Origin: Chlorobiaceae bacterium
GTDB taxonomy: Bacteria; Bacteroidota; Chlorobiia; Chlorobiales; Chlorobiaceae
NCBI GenBank assembly: GCA_013334975.1
Contig: JAAXWL010000001.1
Coordinates: 11,921-75,920 of the forward strand
Direction: 5' to 3'
DNA length: 64,000 nucleotides
In this document: piece after piece, positions 22,293 through 32,054 of the stretch
Layout: each line of letters opens with the position of its first letter
Numbering within the stretch: position 1 is the stretch's first letter
Notes under the pieces: model-generated
Told to the model about the DNA's origin: nothing
What the model saw: only the letters and a program-made list of their open reading frames with translations
Databases searched by the model: none
Position numbers and translations under genes: made by a program

Positions 22293-22595
22293 ATGAAATG
22301 CCCGGCGTGCAACATGACCTTGCTGGTCAGTGAACGAAGCGGTATAGAGGTTGACTATTGTCCTGAATGCAGAGGTGTCTGGCTCGACAGGGGTGAGCTT
22401 GATAAAATCATTGAAAGGACGAAGGAGCACTCTTCAGAGCGTTATGACAATAACCGGTACGATGAAGAAAAGCGTCATCATGGAGACGACAAGCATTATG
22501 GCCATGGTGAGCATGATTACCATGCAGATACAAAAACAGGAAAACGAAAAAGAGGTGGCGGAGCACTGGAATTTTTCGGAGGCCTGTTTGATTAG
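22293..22595 (+). CDS. zf-TFIIB-type zinc-ribbon protein with His-rich tail
   Basis: MKCPAC...IEVDYCPECRGVWLDRGELDKII; AAGGAG RBS. Confidence 0.85.
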   Translation: MKCPACNMTLLVSERSGIEVDYCPECRGVWLDRGELDKIIERTKEHSSERYDNNRYDEEKRHHGDDKHYGHGEHDYHADTKTGKRKRGGGALEFFGGLFD

Positions 22596-22606
22596 ATGCC
22601 AAACGC

Positions 22607-22643
22607 GAGAACCCGCTTCAGAACGAAGCGGGTTCTCTGTTTT
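22607..22643 (+). terminator. Intrinsic terminator after zf-TFIIB gene
   Basis: 13-bp perfect stem GAGAACCCGCTTC/GAAGCGGGTTCTC followed by TGTTTT. Confidence 0.75.
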
Positions 22644-22825
22644 ATGGGGCCGAACTGTCGGTTTCCGTTTATCGGGATTTTGGGTATCTATGACGTAGCA
22701 CGTTTTTCGTTCCGGCAGTTCCCCAAAAAGCAGGGACTGACAAGGACGGGGTGAAGAACACGGACATGGAAGAGCGCTGGGAGCGTATTCCCGGCGTCCG
22801 TGATCCCCACCGTACTCCCCCGCCT

Positions 22826-23896
22826 TTACCGCAACTTCCGGCTTTTGTTGAATGCCTGTTTGTGTTTGCCGAAGGCGCGATCTTTTTTTCGCTTCTCTTC
22901 GTAGGACATTTCGTGAAATTCGGACTCTTTGAGGAGCTTCTGGTAGTGGTCGAGGTGCTCCTGCTGGAGTAGGCCATCGTCGAGGGCTTTGCTTATGGCG
23001 CACTCCGGTTCGTTGGTGTGGGTGCAGTCGCTGTAGCGGCAGCGTGCGGCCAGCGCTTCGATGTCGCCATAGCTTTGCGAAATACCGCTTTCGGCGCCGA
23101 TGACGCCGAACTCCCTCATGCCGGGGTTGTCGATGACCAGTGCTCCTTCTTCGAGCCGGATGAGTTCTCGCCGGACGCTGGTGTGACGCCCTTCGCCGGT
23201 GTGGCTGACTGCGGCGGTTGCCTGCCCTTCTTTTCCGGTCAGGTGGTTGATGAGGGTGCTTTTGCCGACACCCGATGAACCGACAAAGCAGTAGGTTTTG
23301 CCTGGGAGCATCAGCTCTTCCAGCTCCTTTACTCCTTCAGCGGTGACGTTGCTCAGGGTCAGGATTGGCGCCTTGATGCCGGCGGCCCGTATGCTCTCCA
23401 TCTGCTCTTCCATGAGCGCCGGTTCGACGAGGTCGGTTTTGGTGAGGAGGATGCAGGGCTCAGCGCCCCCTTTGGCTACCATGACGAGGTAGCGCTCAAG
23501 CCTTTTCAGATTGAAGTCGAAGTGGCATGACTGCACAATGATGACCGTGTCAACATTTGCTGCGATCATCTGGTAGCCGGTGACGTGGCCGGGGCGTTTT
23601 CTCTGGAGCGAGGTCCGGCGTTCGATGAGGGAGTCAATCACCCCGAAATCGCTGCCGGGGGGCCTATGGAAGCAGACCCAGTCGCCGACGCAGAGCAGCT
23701 CTTCAGGCTCCGGGTGGCGGTGCAGGTAGCTTCCGGCGAGTTTTGCCCTGAAGGTGCCGGTCATGTCGACGAGCAGGAGATGCTGACGATCGACGGCGGC
23801 GACTCGGGCGATGCTGCCGGTCTCCCTGCATGTGGCCCGCTCTTCGAACCACTCGTTCCACCCAAGTTCGGCAAGTTTCGTTTGCCTGATGTTCAT
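22826..23896 (-). CDS. rsgA: Ribosome small subunit-dependent GTPase A family (long type)
   Basis: Circularly permuted GTPase: TKTD, GSSGVGKS, GRHTS, DNPG; Zn motif CRYSDCTHTNEPEC; start at MNIRQTKLAELGW. Confidence 0.88.
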   Translation of the reverse strand: MNIRQTKLAELGWNEWFEERATCRETGSIARVAAVDRQHLLLVDMTGTFRAKLAGSYLHRHPEPEELLCVGDWVCFHRPPGSDFGVIDSLIERRTSLQRKRPGHVTGYQMIAANVDTVIIVQSCHFDFNLKRLERYLVMVAKGGAEPCILLTKTDLVEPALMEEQMESIRAAGIKAPILTLSNVTAEGVKELEELMLPGKTYCFVGSSGVGKSTLINHLTGKEGQATAAVSHTGEGRHTSVRRELIRLEEGALVIDNPGMREFGVIGAESGISQSYGDIEALAARCRYSDCTHTNEPECAISKALDDGLLQQEHLDHYQKLLKESEFHEMSYEEKRKKDRAFGKHKQAFNKSRKLR

Positions 23897-23925
23897 GTTG
23901 CTTTGCACAGGTTGTGTTCGGTATT

Positions 23926-24585
23926 TCAGTGGCATGATGCGCAACTTGCCGTTGTGCGGCGATGCAGTTCGTCGTCGGGTGCGCCGTTGTTCATCATACG
24001 GCTTGCGTCCATGCTCACGTCATTAAGGTGGGGGTCACCGTTTTCGATGGCCGCATAACGGCGGTCGTCGGGTTGTGGGGAGGCGTGTTCCCGGTCATAG
24101 TGCTCATCGGAGTGATGCTGATGGGAGTGTTCCCTAAATTCTACTCTGGGTTCTTCACGATTCTCTCCGTTATTGTGGACGCGTCCGGATAATCCGGAGA
24201 TATCATTGCCTGTTTTCATGCTGGCTGAAATTGATGGTATGTGCTGGAGGGCGGTGAGGGTTGCGATAACGGCTGTTACCAAAAGGGTTGCCAGCAACTC
24301 GGGACGACGTTGCATGCCTTCGTTGCTTCTCGTTTTCAGGTAAGAGAAAAAGGCGTCCCGGTTCAAGCTGAAGAGATGGTAAAGCGAAAGGAGGGTGAAA
24401 ATGATGCCGAAAACAATATGCTGTTTCAGCCAAACCGGTCTGGTGAGGCCTCCTGCCTCCGGTACGCTGCCGAAACTGACGATTCGTGGAAAAATCCAGA
24501 GAATCGCGCCCGAGGCAAAGAGAATAAGGAACGAGAAGAGAAGGGCGAAGCTGGTGGCTTTTCGCCGGTTGAAAGAGGGTTTCAT
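23926..24585 (-). CDS. DUF4405-like membrane protein with His-rich region and C-terminal CxxCH
   Basis: TM helices with QHIVFGIIFTLLSLYH, His-rich EHSHQHHSDEH, ends TASCASCH-stop; start MKPSF avoids overlap with next gene. Confidence 0.65.
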   Translation of the reverse strand: MKPSFNRRKATSFALLFSFLILFASGAILWIFPRIVSFGSVPEAGGLTRPVWLKQHIVFGIIFTLLSLYHLFSLNRDAFFSYLKTRSNEGMQRRPELLATLLVTAVIATLTALQHIPSISASMKTGNDISGLSGRVHNNGENREEPRVEFREHSHQHHSDEHYDREHASPQPDDRRYAAIENGDPHLNDVSMDASRMMNNGAPDDELHRRTTASCASCH

Positions 24586-24744
24586 GATATGTCGCATTTT
24601 ACCATCGTTATCAGGGTATCTGTTTACCCTACGACGCCGGTCAAGCCGGAAACCAGCGCGATGGCCCGGGTTGCAATCTTGTTTCAGGGGAGGTTCGGGT
24701 AACGGTTTGAGCTGAATCCGATGCGGATTCAGAACTACCAATGA

Positions 24745-25437
24745 TCAGGCTTCGTAGCACCAGGCTTCGTGCCAGGTGCGTTTTTCGAGTCTCCGGCAGC
24801 GGGTGAATCCGGCATGACGGGCCAGTGTTTCAAGTGTGGACGGGGTTTCGGGGAAATCGCAGCTTCTGATATGCTCCTGTACCTGGTTACGTTCATCAGG
24901 CGTCAGTGCCTGCCATTGCGTTCTTACCGTTTTGTTGTAGTGGCAGAGGTACTCAGTCCGGCTCTGCTCTTCCTCACGCATGATGTCAACGAGAATGATG
25001 CATCCGTCAAGGGAGAGTGCCCTGCGGCATTGGGTGAAAAAGGTTTGTTTGGCTTCGACGGGCAGATGGTGCAGGGCATAGCTGGAGTAGACGATATCGA
25101 AGTGGTTTTCGTCAACTTCATGGAGAACCGCGAGCATGTCGCGGCAGAGCAGGGTGACGGGAATGCCTAATGGTGCAAGGTTTATTCCGGCATCGTCAAG
25201 GGCGTAGGGTGAGAGATCACAGCCACAGTATTCGGCGAGCTGGCCTGGTTTCAGGATATTGGTGATATGGGATGCGTCGCCGCAGCCGAGGTCCAGCAGG
25301 CGGAGTTGGCCGGAATGCGTTTCGTACCGCTTTGCTACGGCTTCCGATATCTCCTTGTGAAACATGAGGTTGTTGCTGATGACCTTCTGGTAGGTTCCCC
25401 AGGTTTTGCGGAAGATCGTGATCGGGTCTGCACTCAT
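24745..25437 (-). CDS. Class I SAM-dependent methyltransferase
   Basis: LLDLGCGDA, GCDLS, FDIVYSSYALHHL; start MSADPITIF. Confidence 0.85.
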   Translation of the reverse strand: MSADPITIFRKTWGTYQKVISNNLMFHKEISEAVAKRYETHSGQLRLLDLGCGDASHITNILKPGQLAEYCGCDLSPYALDDAGINLAPLGIPVTLLCRDMLAVLHEVDENHFDIVYSSYALHHLPVEAKQTFFTQCRRALSLDGCIILVDIMREEEQSRTEYLCHYNKTVRTQWQALTPDERNQVQEHIRSCDFPETPSTLETLARHAGFTRCRRLEKRTWHEAWCYEA

Positions 25438-25595
25438 GGTGGTTGGTCGGTAAACGGCAAGGGTAATGATTTGTGGGGGTAAAGGTACGAAAATGAAGTT
25501 TACCGGCACAGGCAAACCACACCCTTTATTGACCTCCGGTAAAATCGTCAGGTGCACTGTTTTTTTCGAACAGGTCACGACTGGACGTGTCTGGT

Positions 25596-26462
25596 TCAGA
25601 TATGCAGAGATGCCTGCATGGATCGGTCTTCGAAACGGTTGTAGGCAAAGGTGATACCGATGGCGAAAACCATCGAGCCGATACCAAGCAGGACGCTGTA
25701 ATAGGGGGGCGCTGTCAGGGCAAGTCTGATGAGCACCGTGGCGACGGCGAATCCTGAATTGCGAAAAACGACAGGGTAGCTTGAGCTGTAGCGCAGTGAG
25801 ACCAGCACCACCAGGACGTCGCTGAAGACGAGAATGGTGTAGAAGAGCGCAAAGAAGTCGTTGGTGGCGTTGCCTGTCAGGTACCTCAATCCGTCGATGG
25901 TGCCGATGATGAGGAAGATGAGCAACAGGACGAGCGAAATGCTCTTCTTGACGGCGATGAAGTCCGCAGCGGCCTCTTTGTCACGGGTGATGGCGCGATG
26001 ATGCTGCAGCATGTAGTAGACGCCAAGCAACAGGAAGATCGACAGGCCGCCACCGGCATTGGCGAGCATGTAGAGCACCGGTTGCAATGCCTTTTCCCAG
26101 ACCAGGGGTTCGTTGAAGTGGACGATCTCTTTGAAGGAGTGGCGAAGCAGGATGAGCGAGAGGATCTCGAACTGTTTGCCGACCGATACCGATACCGATT
26201 TGGCTAAGCTGAATACCAGTCCGAAAACTTCGAGACCGAGCAGCATGGTGAGCGCTGTATTGATGGCGTAGTAATGGTTTTTGGGCTGAAGCCTGGCAAT
26301 CGGTTCCGGCAACAGCCCCTGCCGGGCCAGTTCGATCAGGGCAAGCGATGTAATGAACGAGACAATCAGGACGTTGGCTGCAAAACGTTCAGTACGCCTC
26401 TGCTCCCAGAGCTGTTCCAGCGAATCATACAAGGTAACAACCCGTCTGAAAAAAACTACCAT
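25596..26462 (-). CDS. Multi-pass membrane protein of unknown function
   Basis: 288 aa, about 7 hydrophobic segments, coding-like composition. Confidence 0.7.
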   Translation of the reverse strand: MVVFFRRVVTLYDSLEQLWEQRRTERFAANVLIVSFITSLALIELARQGLLPEPIARLQPKNHYYAINTALTMLLGLEVFGLVFSLAKSVSVSVGKQFEILSLILLRHSFKEIVHFNEPLVWEKALQPVLYMLANAGGGLSIFLLLGVYYMLQHHRAITRDKEAAADFIAVKKSISLVLLLIFLIIGTIDGLRYLTGNATNDFFALFYTILVFSDVLVVLVSLRYSSSYPVVFRNSGFAVATVLIRLALTAPPYYSVLLGIGSMVFAIGITFAYNRFEDRSMQASLHI

Positions 26463-26713
26463 ACCTTCATCTTCGTTAATCCATAGAGTGATTCGGCATT
26501 GATGATCTGTTCATGAAAGTAGCGAAACCGGTGCACTTTTCCAGAGGGCTCTCCGATTGAGAGGAACGGATGGTAATTCCGGGAGAGTCTGTTCCGTGAA
26601 AAATCGTCGATCCTAACCTGCTTAACGAATCGGGTTGTTTCATGCTTGCTGACGATTTTTCGAGCCGAAAAAGTTCAGTTGAGCTTCTGATGGAAACGCT
26701 GAGAACCTGAGGA

Positions 26714-27325
26714 TCAGTTGTACGCTTCGATTCTGACCTTACCGATACCGCAGTCAACCAGACCAAGCTGTATTGCCGCCGCTTTCGAGATGTCGATGAT
26801 CCGGTTTTTGATGTAGGGGCCACGGTCGTTTATCGTGACGAAGACCATCTTCCCGTTACTGAGGTTGGTTACCCGAACGAGAGTTCCGAATGGAAGTGAG
26901 CGGTGTGCCGCTGTGAAGGCTTTTTTGTCGAACGGTTGTCCGGCTGCGGTTGTTCTGCCGTGGAATCTGTTTCCGTAATATGAGGCTTTGCCTACGGCAA
27001 CCAGTAATCGGTCCTGCCGGGAAAGGGCGTTTCCATCTGAATTTTCCGGGATCGAACCGGGGGCCTTCTGTTTTCCTGTGGTGTCAGCTACCTTGAGGGA
27101 AGCTTTTTTCAGCGATGCTGATCGGGTTTTGGCATGGGCATGTTTGGCGAGGGCATCGCCGGATATATCAGGACACACGAGGGTCAAGGCAATTGCAAGG
27201 GAGCCGAAAATGGCTTTGGGTTTATTTTGCATCATCACATTCCGGTTATTGCGCTCCTGAGCTGGTGGTGTTTCTGTCAAATCCTCTCCAAAGAGTTCGC
27301 TGTTCAGGGCGCCGGTTTTCTTCAT
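26714..27325 (-). CDS. rlpA: RlpA-family septal lytic transglycosylase (DPBB)
   Basis: GKASYYG..FHGRTTA, TAAHRSLPFGTLVRVTN, INDRGP, RIIDIS; start uncertain. Confidence 0.88.
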   Translation of the reverse strand: MKKTGALNSELFGEDLTETPPAQERNNRNVMMQNKPKAIFGSLAIALTLVCPDISGDALAKHAHAKTRSASLKKASLKVADTTGKQKAPGSIPENSDGNALSRQDRLLVAVGKASYYGNRFHGRTTAAGQPFDKKAFTAAHRSLPFGTLVRVTNLSNGKMVFVTINDRGPYIKNRIIDISKAAAIQLGLVDCGIGKVRIEAYN

Positions 27326-28032
27326 GTTTTCAAGACACTGACTCTAATATAATAAAAAGGTTTTTAATGTCCGAAATCGCATGGTATGGGCTCCTGTTTG
27401 CTCTCGACAACAGGGGTGTAAAATTTTTTAAGAGTCAATAAATAAATAAAATAGATGATGATGGCGATGGGTTTCGTGCTTTCGGAATTATTTTTTATTT
27501 ACCGGATTCTGTCGTGAAGAACCTGACCGGAGGTCTGTTAACGTGAGTGGATACGGACGGCGTTGATGATCGCTCTGAGCGGTATACCGTCCCTGGGGGC
27601 CAGTGTTTCGTTTGTTTAAAAGGATCGTTTCAAGGCAAGGAAACGCGGCCGCCACGTTCCGTTTACCGGAGAGTTGACCTTGCATCATCGAGAGTGAAGT
27701 CAGAATCGGCATTGAACACCCATGAAAGCCGGAGCGGTAAGCCTGTTTCGATTGTGTCCAGGAGAGAAAACGGTCAACAGATTCCGCTGGGAGTTACGGT
27801 GACACGATGGCAGTTTGCCTGAGCGCTTTCGATTCAAGCGGTTGGCGTCTGTTTGCAATTGACAGGTATTGTGTATATTCCTGATTCTGAATTATGGTTC
27901 ATGTTTTTTGCGTAATTTCAGTTTTGGATATTTACTCATATCAGCCAGGTCATAGCTCCGGATGGTTATGGATTATGCATCGCACCGGTTTCTATTCTTG
28001 AGCTGACTGCGGTAACAAGACTCTCCTGCTCT

Positions 28033-29949
28033 ATGCCAACATCATCAGAAGACTCCCTTTTATCTCACCATTCCGGCGATCCTGATCTCAAGCGTCTGGC
28101 CTCTCTTTCGCTTGCGGCTCTCGGTGTGGTTTTCGGTGATATTGGAACAAGCCCCCTGTATGCCATCCGGGAGTGCTTCCACGGGGAGTTCAGCATTCCA
28201 GTGACGACCCCCAATGTTCTCGGGGTGCTGTCGCTGCTGATCTGGGCTATCATCCTTATTGTCACCCTGAAATATCTCACCTTCATCATGAAGGCCGATA
28301 ACGAAGGTGAGGGCGGTATTCTGGCGCTGACTGCGCTGATCATCTCGCACAGCAGGAAAAATAACAACAACGAACGCTGGTTCCTGATCGGTATAGGTCT
28401 GTTCGGCGCGGCGCTGCTGTATGGAGATGGTATGATTACCCCATCGATTTCCGTGCTCAGTGCGGTTGAAGGTATCAAGATCGTGGCCCCGAGCTTCAGC
28501 CCGTTGATGATACCGGTGACCATCGTCATTCTGGCGGGGCTTTTTCTTTTCCAGCATCACGGTACGGCCAAAGTGGGGGCTTTTTTTGGCCCGATCATCC
28601 TGATCTGGTTCATCTCGATCGGGCTTTTAGGGCTTGTTGAGATCGTGTGTTACCCCAGGATTCTCAAGGCGGTTTTTCCCTGGTATGGTATTGAGTTTCT
28701 CCTGAATAACCATTCCAAGGGCTTCATGGTGCTTGGCGCGGTTTTTCTTTCCGTTACCGGCGCAGAGGCATTGTATGCCGACATGGGCCATTTTGGACGA
28801 AAACCGATTCGCCTGACCTGGCTTCTGCTGGTTCTTCCGGCTCTGCTGCTGAACTATTTCGGTCAGGGGGCGGTGCTGCTTTCTTCTCCTGAGAAGTCCA
28901 GCAATCCTTTTTATGCGCTGGTACCCTCCTGGGGGATGATTCCTATGGTCATTCTGGCAACGCTGGCGACGATCATCGCTTCCCAGGCGCTTATCACCGG
29001 TGTTTTTTCCCTTACCCAGCAAGGCATCCAGCTTGGCTATATTCCGAGGCTGACGGTTCGTCACACCTCAGCCAGCCATATCGGTCAGATCTATGTTCCT
29101 GCGGCCAACTGGTCGCTCATGTTCGCCACCATTGCCCTGGTCGCGGGTTTCGGCTCTTCGAGCAGGCTTGCTTCGGCTTATGGTGTTGCGGTGACGGCAA
29201 CCATGCTGATTTCTGCCGTTCTTTTTTACTATGTCGCCAGGGATATCTGGAAGTGGAACCGCTTCGCCGTTGATCTGCTTGTCGGCTTTTTCATGATCAT
29301 CGATCTGTCGTTTTTCGGGGCGAGTGTCAGCAAGCTGTTTCATGGAGCATGGTTTCCCCTGGTCATCGGTTTTATTCTTTTCACCGTCATGCTTACCTGG
29401 AAGCAGGGGCGGCAGCTTCTGCTCAAGCAGGTGCAGGATCGTACGCTCACCGTCGGGGAGTTTGTCGAAAGCCTTGCCATTCAGCAGCCCCAGCGGGTCA
29501 AGGGTCAGGCGGTTTTTCTGACGGCCAATCCCGATATCGTGCCGATCGCTTTGCTGCATAACATGCGTCATAACAAGATTCTTCATTCAGAGGTAGGGCT
29601 TTTTCATTTTTCGACCGAGCGGGTGCCGAGAGTGCCGAACAGCAAAAAGGTCGAGGTTGTCCAGCTCAGTTACGGACTGTACAAGATTACCGCTCGTTAT
29701 GGTTTCATGGAGTATCCCAACATCAGGCAGGTGCTCGCCCTTACCAATCAGCAGGGGATGCATTTCAGGCCAGAGGCGATCAGTTACTTTCTGAACCGTG
29801 AAAAAATCGTTACGGGGATGAAGTCAAAAATGAGTCTCTGGAGAAAAAAACTTTTTGCCCTGATGGCGCGTAATGCCCTGAGCGCCACAGCTTACTACGA
29901 TCTTCCTTCAGGTCAGGTTATTGAAATCGGTGTGCAGGTACAGATTTGA
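28033..29949 (+). CDS. kup: KUP/HAK/KT potassium uptake permease
   Basis: GVVFGDIGTSPLY, DNEGEGG, GDGMITPSISVLSAVEG, EALYADMGHF, YGVAVT. Confidence 0.96.
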   Translation: MPTSSEDSLLSHHSGDPDLKRLASLSLAALGVVFGDIGTSPLYAIRECFHGEFSIPVTTPNVLGVLSLLIWAIILIVTLKYLTFIMKADNEGEGGILALTALIISHSRKNNNNERWFLIGIGLFGAALLYGDGMITPSISVLSAVEGIKIVAPSFSPLMIPVTIVILAGLFLFQHHGTAKVGAFFGPIILIWFISIGLLGLVEIVCYPRILKAVFPWYGIEFLLNNHSKGFMVLGAVFLSVTGAEALYADMGHFGRKPIRLTWLLLVLPALLLNYFGQGAVLLSSPEKSSNPFYALVPSWGMIPMVILATLATIIASQALITGVFSLTQQGIQLGYIPRLTVRHTSASHIGQIYVPAANWSLMFATIALVAGFGSSSRLASAYGVAVTATMLISAVLFYYVARDIWKWNRFAVDLLVGFFMIIDLSFFGASVSKLFHGAWFPLVIGFILFTVMLTWKQGRQLLLKQVQDRTLTVGEFVESLAIQQPQRVKGQAVFLTANPDIVPIALLHNMRHNKILHSEVGLFHFSTERVPRVPNSKKVEVVQLSYGLYKITARYGFMEYPNIRQVLALTNQQGMHFRPEAISYFLNREKIVTGMKSKMSLWRKKLFALMARNALSATAYYDLPSGQVIEIGVQVQI

Positions 29950-30040
29950 TGTATAATTTTTTTGTTTTATTTTATTCTTATATAGGATTATGTACATTAG
30001 TATATAGGAAATCGGGGAAAGCAATCTGTATGGTAGCGTA

Positions 30041-30811
30041 ATGCAAGAATTTTTTCAGCATATCGTTGACTATCCGGCATCGTCTTTGCTTGTGATAGTG
30101 AATCTCATTGTGATTGAGGGGTTGCTTTCCGTAGACAATGCTGCGGTGCTTGCGACCATGGTTCTGGATCTGCCGCCGAAAGATCGACCGGCAGCATTGA
30201 AGTATGGTATCCTTGGCGCCTATCTGTTCAGAGGTATTTTTCTTGTTTTTGCCGCCTGGCTGGTTAAAATATGGTGGCTCAAACCTTTCGGGGGCCTCTA
30301 TCTGCTCTATCTTGTCTGGAGCTGGTGGCGTGGAAGGAGCGTAAAAGATGATGAGGTCAGGAGTAACGACAAGAGAAGTAACGTACTTTACCGTTTCGTT
30401 TCGAACCGGATCGGTGCTTTCTGGGCTACGGTAGTTTTTGTGGAGATCATGGATATTGCCTTTTCGATCGATAATGTTTTTGCGGCCGTTGCGTTTACCG
30501 ATAACATCATTCTGGTGTGCACCGGTGTTTTTATCGGCATACTGACCATGCGTTTTGTTGCTTATGGTTTTATTCGTCTTATGGAGGAATACCCGTTTCT
30601 TGAGACCTGTGCCTATATCGTGCTTGGTTTTCTCGGTTCGAGACTCACTTTTTCAGCTTTCGAGCATTTTTATCCCGGCAATGTTGTCAGCCGCGCTCTC
30701 GAAGGCCATCAGGCCGATGTCATCATGTCGTTATTGACGGTGGCGGTTTTTCTTGTTCCTGTTCTGACCAGCAGTTTTTTTAACGTCCCTGCAAAAGTTG
30801 AGGACGGTTGA
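30041..30811 (+). CDS. TerC-family membrane protein
   Basis: IEGLLSVDNA, YGILGAYLFR, IMDIAFSIDNVFAA. Confidence 0.9.
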   Translation: MQEFFQHIVDYPASSLLVIVNLIVIEGLLSVDNAAVLATMVLDLPPKDRPAALKYGILGAYLFRGIFLVFAAWLVKIWWLKPFGGLYLLYLVWSWWRGRSVKDDEVRSNDKRSNVLYRFVSNRIGAFWATVVFVEIMDIAFSIDNVFAAVAFTDNIILVCTGVFIGILTMRFVAYGFIRLMEEYPFLETCAYIVLGFLGSRLTFSAFEHFYPGNVVSRALEGHQADVIMSLLTVAVFLVPVLTSSFFNVPAKVEDG

Positions 30812-30962
30812 AGTATTTTTGTATTGTTTTTGGCGGGTTGTATGACCGCGTAACCGGTTTGTTTTCGATCATCGACTTGTTGTTTTGTTGGTAAGTCGGT
30901 ATGCCGGTTATTTCCTGTTTTTTATTGCCAACGATTTAAAAAAAACAGTACTTCTGACGAAC

Positions 30963-31622
30963 ATGACGACACATAACGGATTTCATCACCGCCTCAGAAA
31001 TTATATCCTGAAGAAACACGGTTCGGTGAATGCTTTTTGCAGGGCTGTCGGTATAAAGTATCCTGCGCAGATGACACCTTACCTGAAAGGCAAATGCCTG
31101 CCAGGCAAAAAGATGCTGGAACGTCTCGAAAAGGATGGGGCCGATATTGACTGGATTCTCACCGGTCATGCCGTCGGTGAACAGGTAAGCCCGATCAGCG
31201 ATGCGCTGGCCATCTCCCGGTACCGGATGGATATCGATAATCTGCTCCGGCAGGTGCGTATGCATATCGGTCGTTTTGAAGAGCGCCTCAAGCCGGCGAT
31301 TGAAGCCTATACCGTTCTCGATGATGAGGAAAAGATCGTCGATCTGAGCAGTTCGATAGAGAAATTCCTGGGATATGATGCTGGTGCTCTGGTCGGTGTC
31401 GCGCTTTCCGGGATTATTCATCCGGAAGATTATGCCCATTTCAGGAATGCTCTTGAACGACAGAAACCGCTGGAATCGGTTCTTATGTTCTACTCTCGTT
31501 TCAGAACCGGAGATGGATCATGGCTGAATGTCGAGTGGAGCCTTTCGGTCAAAAGGAAACCGATGACTGATCAGAACGAGTATGCGATGATTCTCCGGAA
31601 AACCGATGCCCAGATGTTCTGA
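30963..31622 (+). CDS. Cro/CI-type HTH plus PAS domain regulator
   Basis: N-term SVNAFCRAVGI..MTPYLKGKCLP..DIDWILTG; C-term PAS LGYDAGAL..IIHPED..FRTGDGSWLNVEW. Confidence 0.7.
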   Translation: MTTHNGFHHRLRNYILKKHGSVNAFCRAVGIKYPAQMTPYLKGKCLPGKKMLERLEKDGADIDWILTGHAVGEQVSPISDALAISRYRMDIDNLLRQVRMHIGRFEERLKPAIEAYTVLDDEEKIVDLSSSIEKFLGYDAGALVGVALSGIIHPEDYAHFRNALERQKPLESVLMFYSRFRTGDGSWLNVEWSLSVKRKPMTDQNEYAMILRKTDAQMF

Positions 31623-32054
31623 ATCTGTTCAGTTGTGGTGATTGCCGCCTGTTGTTTTCAGGCCGCTCAACTGTTCAGTTCATGCTTATCCACTCAGAGG
31701 AAAAGCATGAGCCTTTTTCTTTTGTTTTGTCGGCTTACCATGGTGATATCCCCCCGGGTTTGCATGGGGCGTCCTGAAGGGCTGTCATACCCCTTTGGGT
31801 GATCGTCAGCCTATCGCTGTTGACAGGATGTTGCGCACTGACGCCGGCCTCTACCCGAGGAGCCTGATGCAACGGAACATGATCGGCAATGCGTCTCGGT
31901 CGGGCTGATCGGTGCATGTTGCGAAAAACAGGTTATCGGTAAAATTATCAATGAAATAACTGTAGAATTCTTTTGTTTTTTATTACATATCAACGAAATG
32001 AAAGCTCCGGGATCAGTAACCTAACCCCGTTCAGACAACGGAAAGGAGGGCGGA

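Noticed and set aside
26182-26203. 20-bp match to the ATCGGT/ATCCAA hexamer family inside a CDS
   Set aside because: It encodes AKSVSVSV in frame; a codon-level coincidence is the simpler explanation.
19920-26462. Higher-GC block suggesting a horizontally acquired island
   Set aside because: Spot counts of a few lines ranged about 52-68% GC versus about 52% in one ribosomal line; too noisy without a sliding-window computation, and no mobility genes or boundary repeats were seen.
26476-26823. 115-aa minus-strand ORF between the membrane protein and rlpA
   Set aside because: Overlaps rlpA, Ser-rich non-protein-like composition, no motif.
27890-28032. c-di-AMP (ydaO) riboswitch expected before kup
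   Set aside because: Conserved aptamer segments not recognisable by eye; needs an Infernal scan.
29950-30040. yybP-ykoY riboswitch before the TerC gene; TATATAGGA repeat at 29979 and 30001
   Set aside because: The spacer is 91 bp and very AT-rich with no aptamer; a 9-bp repeat in AT-rich DNA is weak evidence.
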